DNA of 63,914 bases, counting the filler, from Octopus bimaculoides (taxonomy: Eukaryota): assembly GCF_001194135.2 (NCBI RefSeq). It is 5 parts of 5 records of this genome, joined end to end, with 100 filler letters (N's around TTAATTAATTAA, not from the genome) between each part and the next. Parts side by side here need not be neighbours in the genome. Positions count along the whole stretch, not along the records: positions 21,443 to 40,732 come from NC_068981.1; positions 40,833 to 48,101 come from NC_068984.1; 3 more parts are not named here. One strand, 5' to 3'. The notes below the pieces were generated by a model. It saw only the letters and a program-made list of their open reading frames with translations, did no database searches and was not told the origin of the DNA. A program made the translations under genes and the position numbers. Position 1 is the stretch's first letter, and every line of letters begins with the position of its first letter. Shown here piece after piece: positions 27,726 through 41,161 of the stretch.

Positions 27726-29455
27726 CAAAATAAGCAACAAGGATATCCAGATGTAATGCAGTACGATCGTTTCAAACAACTCCATTTAATTAAACAATGC
27801 TATCATTACATAAACTAAAGTGCTGAGAAATCCTCAGCTGCATAAAGACTTAGAATTAAATTAAATTAAAACAGATGGACACATTAGTATAAATTTACCG
27901 AAAACCTCCAACAAGTTAAGGAGAGAGACAAAGAACATGCTGTCCTCACTTCAGCTTAGAAGCTACTAAGGTATTAGGAAGAAAGACTTGTGAGTGATCT
28001 AGCTCGTCACTGTTTTTTGGGGTCACTTTTAATTTATAGTCTTGTTTATCAAATCTTTGTATATCAAAATCTAAGGCCAAAGAACAAGCAGCAGTGTATG
28101 TTAAGAAGGGGACTGAGGTAGTCGACAGAAATCATAGTGGGTATAGTCAGAAGACTATCAGGATTAATTTGAAACTATATAATTTTATCCTTTTGATATA
28201 ATATTCTCCTTAATAATCTTCTGAATAACCCTAAGTTTTAACTTCATACAATATGGCAATATTGTTTTAAATATTTAACTATAGTACCCCATAGATAAGT
28301 TCCCCCTGTATCATTATCTACTAGTGGTTTGCCCCTTTAATTTTCAGCTAACATCTTGATTTAACATTTCCTTAACCAAATCTCATTACATTGGAGTTGC
28401 TTGAAACGATCATACTGCATTACCTCTGGATATCCTTGTTGATCATTTTAATTTTAATCACTCTATTTTGAAACTGTATGGATAATAACTTACTAAATAC
28501 TGGTGCCTGAACTTAAGTACCTAATTCATCTCAATCTAAAGTTTTGCTTATGTATATATGTGGGTGTGCGTGTGTGTGTTTGTGTGTGTGTGTGTGTGTG
28601 TATGTGTGTGTGTGTGTATGTGTATGTGTGCGCGCGCGTCTGTGTGTGTGTATTATATCCATTCGGAAAATTATATCCATTCTCAAAGGAATAGAATGTA
28701 TTTCATGATTAGGGTTTTTAAAGTGATTCTTTTATAATACGTTTAGGGATGTACTGTAATTTTAAGACATCCAAGTATAGTTCTTTATTATTTCTTGCTT
28801 TTCTTTTAATGCTAGTCAAATACTTTCGTGTATATTTCTGATTTGAAACATGAGTAGACAGATTAGTTTTCCTTCAAATTGTACAAATAGACACAAACAA
28901 AACAAAAATAATATTTCATGAAACTAAGGTGCATATATAAAATCGTACTGTGTTCATTTGCGTATTCTTGTCTCTTCATTTGTCGACGAGAGAATATCTC
29001 AAACACCAGTTCTAAAGATGCATTCTATTCTTAAATATTTAATTTCATATTTTTTTTATTATCCCTGTACCGAGGACTGAATATACGATCGCCACATTTT
29101 GTTTGCAAGTGTTTGAAAATCAATTATCTGGAGCTGCGTATATTCCCTTGACAAGAAAAGGCTTTGATTATTTAGACAGAAAATTTGAAAGCACTTAGTT
29201 ATTCAGCTAATTTTCTCGGTGTATTTATGCTATCTTATTTTGATTAACCTATTCGGCTAATTTGATTCGGTAAACAAATTTATAATAAAATTTGTTAAAT
29301 ACAGTGTATTGTTTAAGCTATTTATCTTCCAATTAACAAATAATTAAACCAGATTAAATGTATTTGCGTATATTATCGTTTCATTAGTGAGTAAATTAGT
29401 GCTAGATTTTTTCGCCGCTAATCTATCTTCTCTCTTCATACATTTTGTATTTCAG

Positions 29456-29501
29456 CTTCGACAGCATCTGTACCTAATTTGTCTCCAACATTATTAATAT
29501 G
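29456..29501 (+). CDS. Weak candidate 46-nt exon (xSTASVPNLSPTLLI)
   Basis: CTAAT branch-like motif, long pyrimidine tract, TTTCAG acceptor, ATG|GTAATT donor; one open frame. Confidence 0.25.
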
Positions 29502-30016
29502 GTAATTTATGCAGAGTCATTAGGATTAACAGTATAAAGGCATATGTTGAACCAAATGACGTCATCTTATTCCGTAAGTATATGGACGATTTTACTTTAT
29601 ATATCTATATATCTATATATCTCTCTTTCACCCCCTCTCTCTCTCTTTACAAGCCTATCACTTACCTATATATATATNNNNNNNNNNNNNNNNNNNNNNN
29701 NNNNNNNNNNNNNNNNNNNNNNNNNNNNNNNNNNNNNNNNNNNNNNNNNNNNNNNNNNNNNNNNNNNNNNNNNNNNNNNNNNNNNNNNNNNNNNNNNNNN
29801 NNNNNNNNNNNNNNNNNNNNNNNNNNNNNNNNNNNNNNNNNNNNNNNNNNNNNNNNNNNNNNNNNNNNNNNNNNNNNNNNNNNNNNNNNNNNNNNNNNNN
29901 NNNNNNNNNNNNNNNNNNNNNNNNNNNNNNNNNNNNNNNNNNNNNNNNNNNNNNNNNNNNNNNNNNNNNNNNNNNNNNNNNNNNNNNNNNNNNNNNNNNN
30001 NNNNNNNNNNNNNNNN

Positions 30017-30063
<47 letters not shown>

Positions 30064-31029
30064 CCGCGCGTGCGCACACACATATAAATACCTAAATGTT
30101 TCTATCTGTTTCCATATACTTTTCCTGCTTCCACATATATTGTTACAGTATGTATCCACAGAGGCCTCCTCACAGAATCTTCATCGAATGAAGCTGTTCC
30201 TAGCCTTAATCTAATAACTTCAATTTTGATGTATTTCTAGAAACATATTTCATTCATAATTGAAAAACACTGAAACTAAATATTCTATTGTTGTTTTTCA
30301 CAAGCCACAATGATGTTCTGTATCGTAAAAAAATATGCTTTTTTTTTTCTCCAAGATTACATTTAGAACTCCCGCATTCATCACCTAAACATTAACTCTG
30401 ATATCAGGTTTATTAATTATTGGGAAATAATGTAGCTGTTAATTGGAGGTATTTATTTGAATTCATTGACTAAATCTTCCAGAAAAAATAAGTTGGACAT
30501 ACATTGGTGACAATGAATTTCATGTTATATTAAGCAGTAGATACTTAAAGGTCAATAGTGTATGTAATTCACTTTAACAAGATATAGTTACATTGTGACA
30601 CTGTAATTTAGTGCTTTTCTATGTTTAATGTACTTTAATTGTAGAAATACAATTCTTTCTATGAATTGAAATTTCTTATCTTGAATTTTCATCATATATT
30701 TGATTTAGATATTCGCAGTTACAGAAATGAAATAAACTGGAACTGCAAAATTGAAACCAGCATCTTATATGCTCCTTGCATATGACTTTGTAGTCACAAA
30801 ATACTGTGCGGATTGAACCGAATTTCAAATTGTTAGAAGTAGAATTATTTCCGTTATTTCAATAGAATAACATGATATCTTAGTGTTCATTATTCTCTTA
30901 TGACTGCACGGAATAGCGATTGCTTTTTGTATTTTACCAGTTTCCATAACTTGTCATAAGGATGGGGGATATTTTTGAACGAAAACAACCAGTCTTATGA
31001 CATGACTAAGATCTCTTGTTCTAGATTTA

Positions 31030-31200
31030 TACGTTAGCAATGTGGTAAATGTGCTTAGCAGCATGTGGCTCCTCTTGACGTTCTGTGTTCAAATTCTACC
31101 GAAATCGACTTCACCTTCCTCGTTTCGGGGTCGTTGTAATTGACTAGTACTCTCCCCTAGAATTTCAGGCCTTGTCCATTTACAAGAGAGGATTATTATT
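31030..31200 (+). mobile_element. SINE family C, degenerate and internally deleted
   Basis: GTTCAAATTCTACCGAAATCGACTTCACCTT...TTTCGGGGTCG...AATTTCAGGCCTTGT plus an (ATT)n tail. Confidence 0.7.
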
Positions 31201-32437
31201 ATTAGTAGTAGTGAAAAAAAAATGTTTAATTTAAAAATTATGTATTACATTTTTGTGACCAAATTTTATAATTGCTTTATGCTTCACCTTCTCAAAGACT
31301 TTGTCACTCTTTTCTTCTGCAATCTCCGTTGTTACTTAGCACTCATTTCCTGTACAACTAAATATGAAATGCATTGTGTTTCAATGATAATTTACTATTA
31401 GACTTTTATTCTGGCGCTCAATAATTTTCGTTTTCTAGTATTTATAATGCAAAACCTTGCAGACTAATTGGGGAATCTTTTCAAATAACACCATCGTATC
31501 TTCCTCATTACCTGCAGTGTTGTGAGATATTGTTTTCCACGATCTGGAATTTGATATTTTCCCTCTATATATTTGTAATAATAATTGCTTGAATAACAAA
31601 TGTCAACACGATTTTCCTTTACATTTTAACAAATAATTCCTCAACATCTCTTCTGCAACTCACCTCTTATTCGCATTCTCTTGTCTTACCTCTCTCTCTC
31701 TCTCTCTCTCTATCTATCTCTATATATATCTCTCTCTCTCTTATGGCTTTAACTCTCCCTATTTTTATTTTCTGGATCACAATATCGCTGCTCTCTCTTG
31801 CTCCCTATGTGCTTATAATCTACGTATATGCATGCATTTCTCTGCATAGTTCCAAACGACGTTGATTTATTGTGAAAACCAAAAATAGTAGATTACATGT
31901 TATTCACATTAACAGAATCAGGTTAACCTCATCTAGTAGAACTTTCCATGGCCATCTTCAATCATTTTATATCCAGATGTCTTTGTAATAAAAGCAGTAT
32001 GAAATAAGTGTTTGTTTATCACGAATGTTTAACATTAATACATACACATGTAATGTTTGTATTTTATTAAATCCCAAATCTAACACGTTTTACGTTTAAT
32101 TTATAGGTTCATTGGCAGAGTGCCACATTTAAAAAAAATTGTTCAAAGTTATAAGAATTAAATCTTTTTATACATTAGAAATAACCTTCGATTACATGGG
32201 GCGTTTAAAATGATATTCAAGAGTTTAATAAAAAAATTAAAAAAACATGTCAATACGTTTCCATAATTTTTTATACTGTGTATTTTGCACATAACAGCTG
32301 AGAAGATAAACGTCTGATACACTAGAACTATTTTACTAACTAATTATGTACAATTCACTAATACTTAAGCATGTTCGTGAATATTTTTTTGCTTATGTTA
32401 TGTATACCTATACACATATTTATGCATATATGTGTGC

Positions 32438-32483
<46 letters not shown>

Positions 32484-32484
32484 T

Positions 32485-32544
<60 letters not shown>

Positions 32545-34897
32545 CGTTTATATATATGCGTATGTATGCATAGGTATTATATATATATATGTATATGTAC
32601 ACACATACACATGTATGAATTATATATACATGCATATATATATTTATGTATATAAATTATATATGTATATATATATATATATAATATATGAGTATATATA
32701 TATAAATATATATAAATATATGTGTGTGTGTTTGTGTGTGTGTGTGTGTACGTCTGTATGTGCGTGTGTATGTGTGTGTGTTTGTACGTGTGTGTGTGTG
32801 TGTGTGTGTGTGCGACTATCTATACATGGAAGTATGGACAAATCGGCATATAATTGGCGCCATCTATATTCTAATTTTATACATTTTGGTATCGTTTCAA
32901 AGGAAGCCAGACAAGTAAATATGTTACAAATGATTAAGAGAAATTATTTATACAAAAGATGGGAAAATATACTCTAACAAATAAGAGACGAGAATAATTG
33001 GAGCAGATGTAAATGAATAATATTGCTACTACTACTATTACTGTTGATACTATTTTAATAACTGTGACATCTTCGTATAAGCGGTCGTAAAACATTGTTT
33101 TCGGGAAAACAGACTGAAGGTGCGTTTCACCACATTCAGGCGTAAGAAAAATCAAAGACTAAAACAATTTTTTTTTTTGCTACAAGAGGGCCACCGTTCA
33201 TTACATAAACAATATACAGTTTACAGATGAAATATGAAATTTGTACATACATGTATGAAGAAACAGCGAAATTTTAACTTAACTTCTTCCTTCCTCCTAT
33301 CCTTTTTATTTTTCACATTAGTACATTAAGACGTGCACGCATAAAGGAATATTTATGTAAACGACACGAATCTGTTCTATTTGCATTTACAGAAAATATC
33401 GTGAATATTCTACAGACTCCAAAAGTAATTCAGGAATATGACGCCTCATATATACGTGAATCCTATTTCTGAACCATCTGTGTCATAATTCATATATTGA
33501 AAAATTCAATACAAGTATTGCAATGCTTTGTAAAAAGAAAACAGAACCCTCATATTTGACAATAAAGATTCAAGTGATAGTGCCTGAAAAAAACATTTGA
33601 ATAGCTCATTGTATAATTGGCTTTGATAGTATGAAATACTTCCATGAGAGTTGATTCTTGTAGATCTGCATAAATTTTACTCACGATCCTTGGGAACACC
33701 TTTGGATCCTGAATAAAACTGAATTAAAATAAATGACCAAGTAGGAAACATTTAGCTCCTATGATTATAGAGGTTTAATCCACTTTATAAAGACTATTGT
33801 GTGCATTTTATTTTCCAGGGCGAGACATGTATCGTGTCACAAGTATAACATGCAGAACAGCATTTATAAACGTTCAAAAGGTTCAGGTCACATATGTACA
33901 TTAATTGTACGTCTTTATTCCCATAATCCCTATAAATGACCTCTTCTGCTCATTTATGGCTACATGCAAATAAGTGTTCTCTCTTTGAAGTCAATATAAT
34001 AATATCATGTGGGACATTGTGGGCTCAATCATCACTGTAGCGTTGAGAATATTACTTCAGAATCATTTGGATTGTGTAAGATTACACCACACGCCCTATA
34101 AATGATTGTCTTATATATTCTGTGAGAATACATATGCACGCGTATATGGATACATATAAGTTTCTGTGAGTGCATTTGCGTGTCGGTACGCATTTACTTA
34201 ATATATTTTTCTGTATATTGACGTATGAATTGTTCAATAACAGGATTAACTGTTCATCGAATTATCGTTTGAAATAGCTCAAAATTTCCGATGCACATGG
34301 ACCTTTAATGTGGTCTTTAAAGAAGAATAATTGAGAAGTGCAGAAGACAAACTACCAAATTCGAATACATAGCTCAACACATCCGATGGACAATAGTTTC
34401 CAATTAATGACATCCTCTCAAAGTCCTGCGAACGAGGCATAACCATCACGGCTGTGAGGCGATCTACTTCAAAATTCTACTCTGTTCCTTTCCAAAATGT
34501 GTGTGTATATATATACGTATATATATATATATATAAACTTTCAAGGCCACTGGTGATTTATTGCAGTAGGAGGTTGCCAGCTTTTCCCGTATCGAATTTA
34601 GATAAGCTGAAGAAAAAAAATTTCAACTTACGGTTAGTAGCAGGGGTTGGTGTGTATACGAATAGGGATCCAAAATTGAAATTGGAGTAGATAAAATTGA
34701 AGCTAAATATGTTTCATAGCAAGTAGACCAGCGGAAGTAATAATCATCTGAAAGAGGGGTAATCCACTACCTGCTCATTGGGCTCAAGATGCCTTAATCA
34801 AATGAAATTAACATTGCCAAGAGATATCCTATTGACTCGTAGATTCGATTTTAACCTGGATTTTATCTACAAATCTCCCTAAATTTAGATATATATA

Positions 34898-34936
<39 letters not shown>

Positions 34937-35499
34937 CTGTGTGTGTGTGTGTCTGTCTGTGTGTGTGTGCGTGTGTGTGTATATATATATAACGAAATAA
35001 GAAGGAGAGTATTGATTGTAGTAGTCAGATTCCCATTGTGCTTGCTTTGAGGATATATTAGTAATTATAAGGTAATTAATATTGCTTACATCTCTTGTGA
35101 CGTCGCGTTGCTGTATTATATGATACCTGCTGTGTATGATAATCTATTCAGTGTGAATTATGTATTGAACTTAGATATTAATTTCCATACAGACGTCTGC
35201 CTTAATTTGATCCGAGTTTTCTTAATTAAGCATATTATTTTTGTCGTTCTATGTATGATATTACATGTGTCTAGTGCAACATTTGAAAATAGCTGATGTT
35301 TATTTATGTGCAAATGTACAGAACCTCCTATACTGAATATCTAATTTATTTGGTGTGATAGTGGTTACTAGATTAGAATCAACTTTTAGAACAAACATGT
35401 TCGATGGTATTCTGCTTGTGACAAAACTGTATTCTATTTCAAATCTGTAATATTTTAAGACCATCATATCCACATTATGTTTCTTCATTTAATTCAGTA

Positions 35500-36410
35500 G
35501 AAAGTGGGCGTTAAATTAAATTTAACCAAATGCAACTCAACAAGATGGCGGTGTGCGTCTTGAAAGAGTTGAGAAAAAACAAAGCAATTCCTCGTACCAA
35601 CTAATGGATGAGAACTTCCCTCGCTTCCGTCCGTTACGGGCAACAATACAGGGGATGAGGAAGGAGAGAAAAACAAGGGTGTCACGATACAAATTTCAAC
35701 TGATACTAACAACAATAGTAGCAAAAACAATAACAGGGGTAGGAATGACAACAGCAGCTGCAGTAGTAAGTGGTACTGATAGCAACAACAATCACGGAAC
35801 AGACAACAACGGCAGTGGCAGTAGCGATAGCAACGACAAGGAAAGCAAATGTAACACCAGGAAGAACAAGGACACCAACTCCAACAACATCGATAAGAAC
35901 AACGACGACAACAAATGCATCAGCAGCAGTAACAGTAACAACAACAACACAACAAGGAGGACAATACCAATACCAATAACAGCAGCAGCGGAAAGCAAGC
36001 AATGCTTTACTCTAGACCTCACAAATAGGGAGCAGGTGCTACCACAGGTATGGGAACTAATGAAACAAAAGAAGACTTGGAACAAACTCACGATCACATC
36101 AGAGGCAACTGAAGCAGGGAGAGACGAATGGTGCTATTGAGATGCATCTCAGCAGATGAAATTATATACTGAGGCGGCGCTGAGGTGAATCAGAAATGAC
36201 ATCGAATACATAGCGAGGGGGAAACAAACGGCACCATCATGTACACCACCTACATTGGGAATCGTAGAACCCGTGTCCTCAATCCTAGAATACAACCTGC
36301 ACTAGATATTTGGTGGCTTCTGGGATGCAATACTGGAAAAATCCCCGTACGCAGTAAAGGCGGTGGATAAGCATGGCCCAGCCTCTGACTGAAACCTATA
36401 GAAGATAAAA
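35500..36410 (+). mobile_element. Possible 5' end (UTR + decayed ORF1) of a non-LTR retrotransposon
   Basis: CAAGATGGCGG (YY1-type motif) at 35542, a Thr/Ala/Asn low-complexity stretch, then frameshifted coding-like segments (...GETNGAIEMHLS..., ...YTTYIGNRRTRV...). Confidence 0.35.
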
Positions 36411-37013
36411 GATATATGTATGTGTGTATATATNNNNNNNNNNNNNNNNNNNNNNNNNNNNNNNNNNNNNNNNNNNNNNNNNNNNNNNNNNNNNNNNNNN
36501 NNNNNNNNNNNNNNNNNNNNNNNNNNNNNNNNNNNNNNNNNNNNNNNNNNNNNNNNNNNNNNNNNNNNNNNNNNNNNNNNNNNNNNNNNNNNNNNNNNNN
36601 NNNNNNNNNNNNNNNNNNNNNNNNNNNNNNNNNNNNNNNNNNNNNNNNNNNNNNNNNNNNNNNNNNNNNNNNNNNNNNNNNNNNNNNNNNNNNNNNNNNN
36701 NNNNNNNNNNNNNNNNNNNNNNNNNNNNNNNNNNNNNNNNNNNNNNNNNNNNNNNNNNNNNNNNNNNNNNNNNNNNNNNNNNNNNNNNNNNNNNNNNNNN
36801 NNNNNNNNNNNNNNNNNNNNNNNNNNNNNNNNNNNNNNNNNNNNNNNNNNNNNNNNNNNNNNNNNNNNNNNNNNNNNNNNNNNNNNNNNNNNNNNNNNNN
36901 NNNNNNNNNNNNNNNNNNNNNNNNNNNNNNNNNNNNNNNNNNNNNNNNNNNNNNNNNNNNNNNNNNNNNNNNNNNNNNNNNNNNNNNNNNNNNNNNNNNN
37001 NNNNNNNNNNNNN

Positions 37014-37050
<37 letters not shown>

Positions 37051-39028
37051 CATAAGTATACATATACAATGCAGTAGTAAAGAATGGAGCAGAAAAGCCT
37101 TCGCGTCAGATACAGAGTCCTATAGTATTTAATTTTCCTATCAGCCATACCTGTTGCGTCGGGTTTATCTCTTCCACATGTACTATGTAGCATGCTTTTT
37201 GGCGACATGTTGAAACAGAATTGGTTGTGTGTGTCGATTTAGAAGTTCTCCATGAACAAATTTATCATAGTTTACTGGATCTTTTTTTTTTTAATGTAAA
37301 CCACATATGACAATGGGTTACAGCACGCTTTTTAAACTCTATAGTCTACATGTACCCTGCAACTTCTCCCAAAGCATTCTTCTCCAAAATATCACGCAAG
37401 AGATACTTAAGTTTCATATTAAATACTCTGTCAGCTAAATCTGTTCTGTCGGCTGGAGTCTGTCTTGGATAAATTTCATCTGTGAACAACGAACATTGTG
37501 ACATAAATGAAAATTAAATTACAGAGATGTACTTGCATAGCAAGTAACTTGATCAGAGATCGTGCGTTGAAAAACAAACAATTGCAGCGTAGGAGATGAT
37601 TATAAGTCATTTGAAAACACGCAAAAAGACGTTAGATTCACTTCAAAATTTGAATTTGAGTTGTGTCAATATATTTTCGTCGCTCTGATACTGCGACGTG
37701 TTGACTGAGAAAACTTCGTACTGCATCTGCATGCATCTGCATGGCTTACAAACATCTTCCACACGGATAAAATATATCTTCGAAGCAGCAATTGCTATAT
37801 ANNNNNNNNNNNNNNNNNNNNNNNNNNNNNNNNNNNNNNNNNNNNNNNNNNNNNNNNNNNNNNNNNNNNNNNNNNNNNNNNNNNNNNNNNNNNNNNNNNN
37901 NNNNNNNNNNNNNNNNNNNNNNNNNNNNNNNNNNNNNNNNNNNNNNNNNNNNNNNNNNNNNNNNNNNNNNNNNNNNNNNNNNNNNNNNNNNNNNNNNNNN
38001 NNNNNNNNNNNNNNNNNNNNNNNNNNNNNNNNNNNNNNNNNNNNNNNNNNNNNNNNNNNNNNNNNNNNNNNNNNNNNNNNNNNNNNNNNNNNNNNNNNNN
38101 NNNNNNNNNNNNNNNNNNNNNNNNNNNNNNNNNNNNNNNNNNNNNNNNNNNNNNNNNNNNNNNNNNNNNNNNNNNNNNNNNNNNNNNNNNNNNNNNNNNN
38201 NNNNNNNNNNNNNNNNNNNNNNNNNNNNNNNNNNNNNNNNNNNNNNNNNNNNNNNNNNNNNNNNNNNNNNNNNNNNNNNNNNNNNNNNNNNNNNNNNNNN
38301 NNNNNNNNNNNNNNNNNNNNNNNNNNNNNNNNNNNNNNNNNNNNNNNNNNNNNNNNNNNNNNNNNNNNNNNNNNNNNNNNNNNNNNNNNNNNNNNNNNNN
38401 NNNNNNNNNNNNNNNNNNNNNNNAAAGATGAAGAAAAATGTCTTCGTTTCACATAGTTTAATATTCTTTATATAAATATATACATATTATATGGGTGTTG
38501 TAAAATCCAACCGGTTTTCGCTATTTAAATTAGCTTTTCAAGGGGCATTGTAGAGTGATTTATTCACATGATAAAGGAGTTTCACCATGTTGGTTGTTTG
38601 AAAAATAAGAAAGGGTTTAGAGAGTGAACCAAGGGAGGTAATGTGTGTCAAGGGGGATAACTGATTCCTTAGGATAGTTTTTAAGTTTGTCATATTTGAA
38701 TATTGAGGTCTGGTTTATATTTTTGAATGAATAAGTTCTCTTTATTTAATCGTTCTTGCACCGAAATTGAATCTTTGCACTGGTACAGGGGGAAGATAAT
38801 GAAATTCGGCGTTTTATCACCTGCGCATCTCTCAATATGTCCGCTCAGTGCAATGTGCCTCTACTGGGGGAAGCGAATCTGTTCCTTATGCAACGTGTTA
38901 TTCTTTTCCAATTCATGTTTTGAATGCTTGACCTACTCTTATAGATTTTCATTCCCACGTATCAAAGCTTAACCTCACTCTCTCTCTATTCTTTTCTTTC
39001 TCTCTCTTTCACTCTCTCTTGTATTCTA

Positions 39029-39073
<45 letters not shown>

Positions 39074-40460
39074 CTCTCTCTCTCTCTGTCTCTCTCTCCC
39101 CCTTCCTCCTTTGGTTTTCTTTTACACCAAACAATGAAAACAGATATTCCCAGTCTTGGCATTATACTGCATGATATGTATGAGTGTATACAGATAGGAA
39201 GATAGATATTTATCGATATATATATNNNNNNNNNNNNNNNNNNNNNNNNNNNNNNNNNNNNNNNNNNNNNNNNNNNNNNNNNNNNNNNNNNNNNNNNNNN
39301 NNNNNNNNNNNNNNNNNNNNNNNNNNNNNNNNNNNNNNNNNNNNNNNNNNNNNNNNNNNNNNNNNNNNNNNNNNNNNNNNNNNNNNNNNNNNNNNNNNNN
39401 NNNNNNNNNNNNNNNNNNNNNNNNNNNNNNNNNNNNNNNNNNNNNNNNNNNNNNNNNNNNNNNNNNNNNNNNNNNNNNNNNNNNNNNNNNNNNNNNNNNN
39501 NNNNNNNNNNNNNNNNNNNNNNNNNNNNNNNNNNNNNNNNNNNNNNNNNNNNNNNNNNNNNNNNNNNNNNNNNNNNNNNNNNNNNNNNNNNNNNNNNNNN
39601 NNNNNNNNNNNNNNNNNNNNNNNNNNNNNNNNNNNNNNNNNNNNNNNNNNNNNNNNNNNNNNNNNNNNNNNNNNNNNNNNNNNNNNNNNNNNNNNNNNNN
39701 NNNNNNNNNNNNNNNNNNNNNNNNNNNNNNNNNNNNNNNNNNNNNNNNNNNNNNNNNNNNNNNNNNNNNNNNNNNNNNNNNNNNNNNNNNNNNNNNNNNN
39801 NNNNNNNNNNNNNNNNNNNNNNNNNNNNNNNNNNNNNNNNNNNNNNNNNNNNNNNNNNNNNNNNNNNNNNNNNNNNNNNNNNNNNNNNNNNNNNNNNNNN
39901 NNNNNNNNNNNNNNNNNNNNNNNNNNNNNNNNNNNNNNNNNNNNNNNNNNNNNNNNNNNNNNNNNNNNNNNNNNNNNNNNNNNNNNNNNNNNNNNNNNNN
40001 NNNNNNNNNNNNNNNNNNNNNNNNNNNNNNNNNNNNNNNNNNNNNNNNNNNNNNTATATATATATATATATATATGTGGAAAACTCATGGAGACATAATA
40101 ATGTCCGCTATATGAATATTTAATCAGAAATTCGATATGTGAATAGTTGACGTTACGAAACAGATTGTTTGCCTCACAATGCATCGAAATGAACATGTAA
40201 CACAATAAAAAAAAAAAGAAATATTAAAAAAAATCTGAATACCGAATGTTTGACGTTATATATCACGTTTTAAAATTCTATTTACATAATAGGTTTTGAT
40301 TAAGGTACTAGATTTTGTAATATCTTCAGATTCAACAGCTGACGTCGCTAATACAATCCTGTTATATCAGTACGATATCTACAATCCAGTTTCGAATAAT
40401 TGACCAACTGAGACGAGAAAAAGCCACATACTGCATATGTATGTGTGTATACAGATATAT

Positions 40461-40705
40461 ACCGGGCGTTGTTAGTGTTTATTGAGCGACAATCCGTAAA
40501 GCTCCACAACGGTACTGCAGGGGTGATGGCGAACACTGCTGTACCATTTCTGTCTATCCTTCTTCGTGTTTCTACCCGATAACTATGTTAAGGTGACAAG
40601 TGTCAGTGGAGTGCTCAGCCTCTTACACGCTAATTTCACGAACAGGCTGTTCCGTTGATCGGATCAACTGGAACCCTCGTAATCATAACCGACGGAGTAC
40701 CACTA
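40461..40705 (+). mobile_element. SINE family B, 5'-truncated and internally deleted
   Basis: ACCGGGCGTTGTTAGTGTTTATTGAGCG...GGCTGTTCCGTTGATCGGATCAACTGGAACCCTCG. Confidence 0.8.
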
Positions 40706-40832
40706 ATATATATATATATATATATATATATANNNNNNNNNNNNNNNNNNNNNNNNNNNNNNNNNNNNNNNNNNNNTTAATTAATTAANNNNNNNNNNNN
40801 NNNNNNNNNNNNNNNNNNNNNNNNNNNNNNNN

Positions 40833-41161
40833 ATGAAACCAATTAAGGTAGTTCGGGAGCGAGGAGTGAGCGGGAGAGCCGGTTGAATGATCTATAGATC
40901 AGGGGGCGTGTGGTGTTATGGGCTGTGATGAGCTGTGTGTTGTGGTGGAGAGAGGTGAGGCAAACAGAAGTGAACCCAGACCGGAAGTCAACGACACGCG
41001 GTCGGAGGCTAGCACGTGGGGTCAGTCAGAAAACAGCGAGGTTACGAGAAAGACGTGTTCTGATCAGGAGCGATCGTGTACTCCGCTGCGGTCGACAAGG
41101 TAAGGTCCAACGTTTCATTCTGTCCTTTTGCTTCTTGTCTTTTTTCCTCCATCACACCACA
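40833..41161 (+). mobile_element. 3' end of an LTR retrotransposon: purine tract + 253-bp LTR (40909-41161)
   Basis: AGGGGGCG directly precedes TGTGGTGTTATGG; the segment ends CCATCACACCACA (12/13 inverted match, TG...CA). Confidence 0.65.

Noticed and set aside
38790-38910. Frame GEDNEIRRFITCASLN... (EIRRF recalls PB1 domains)
   Set aside because: Five-residue similarity only; poor acceptor and no donor.
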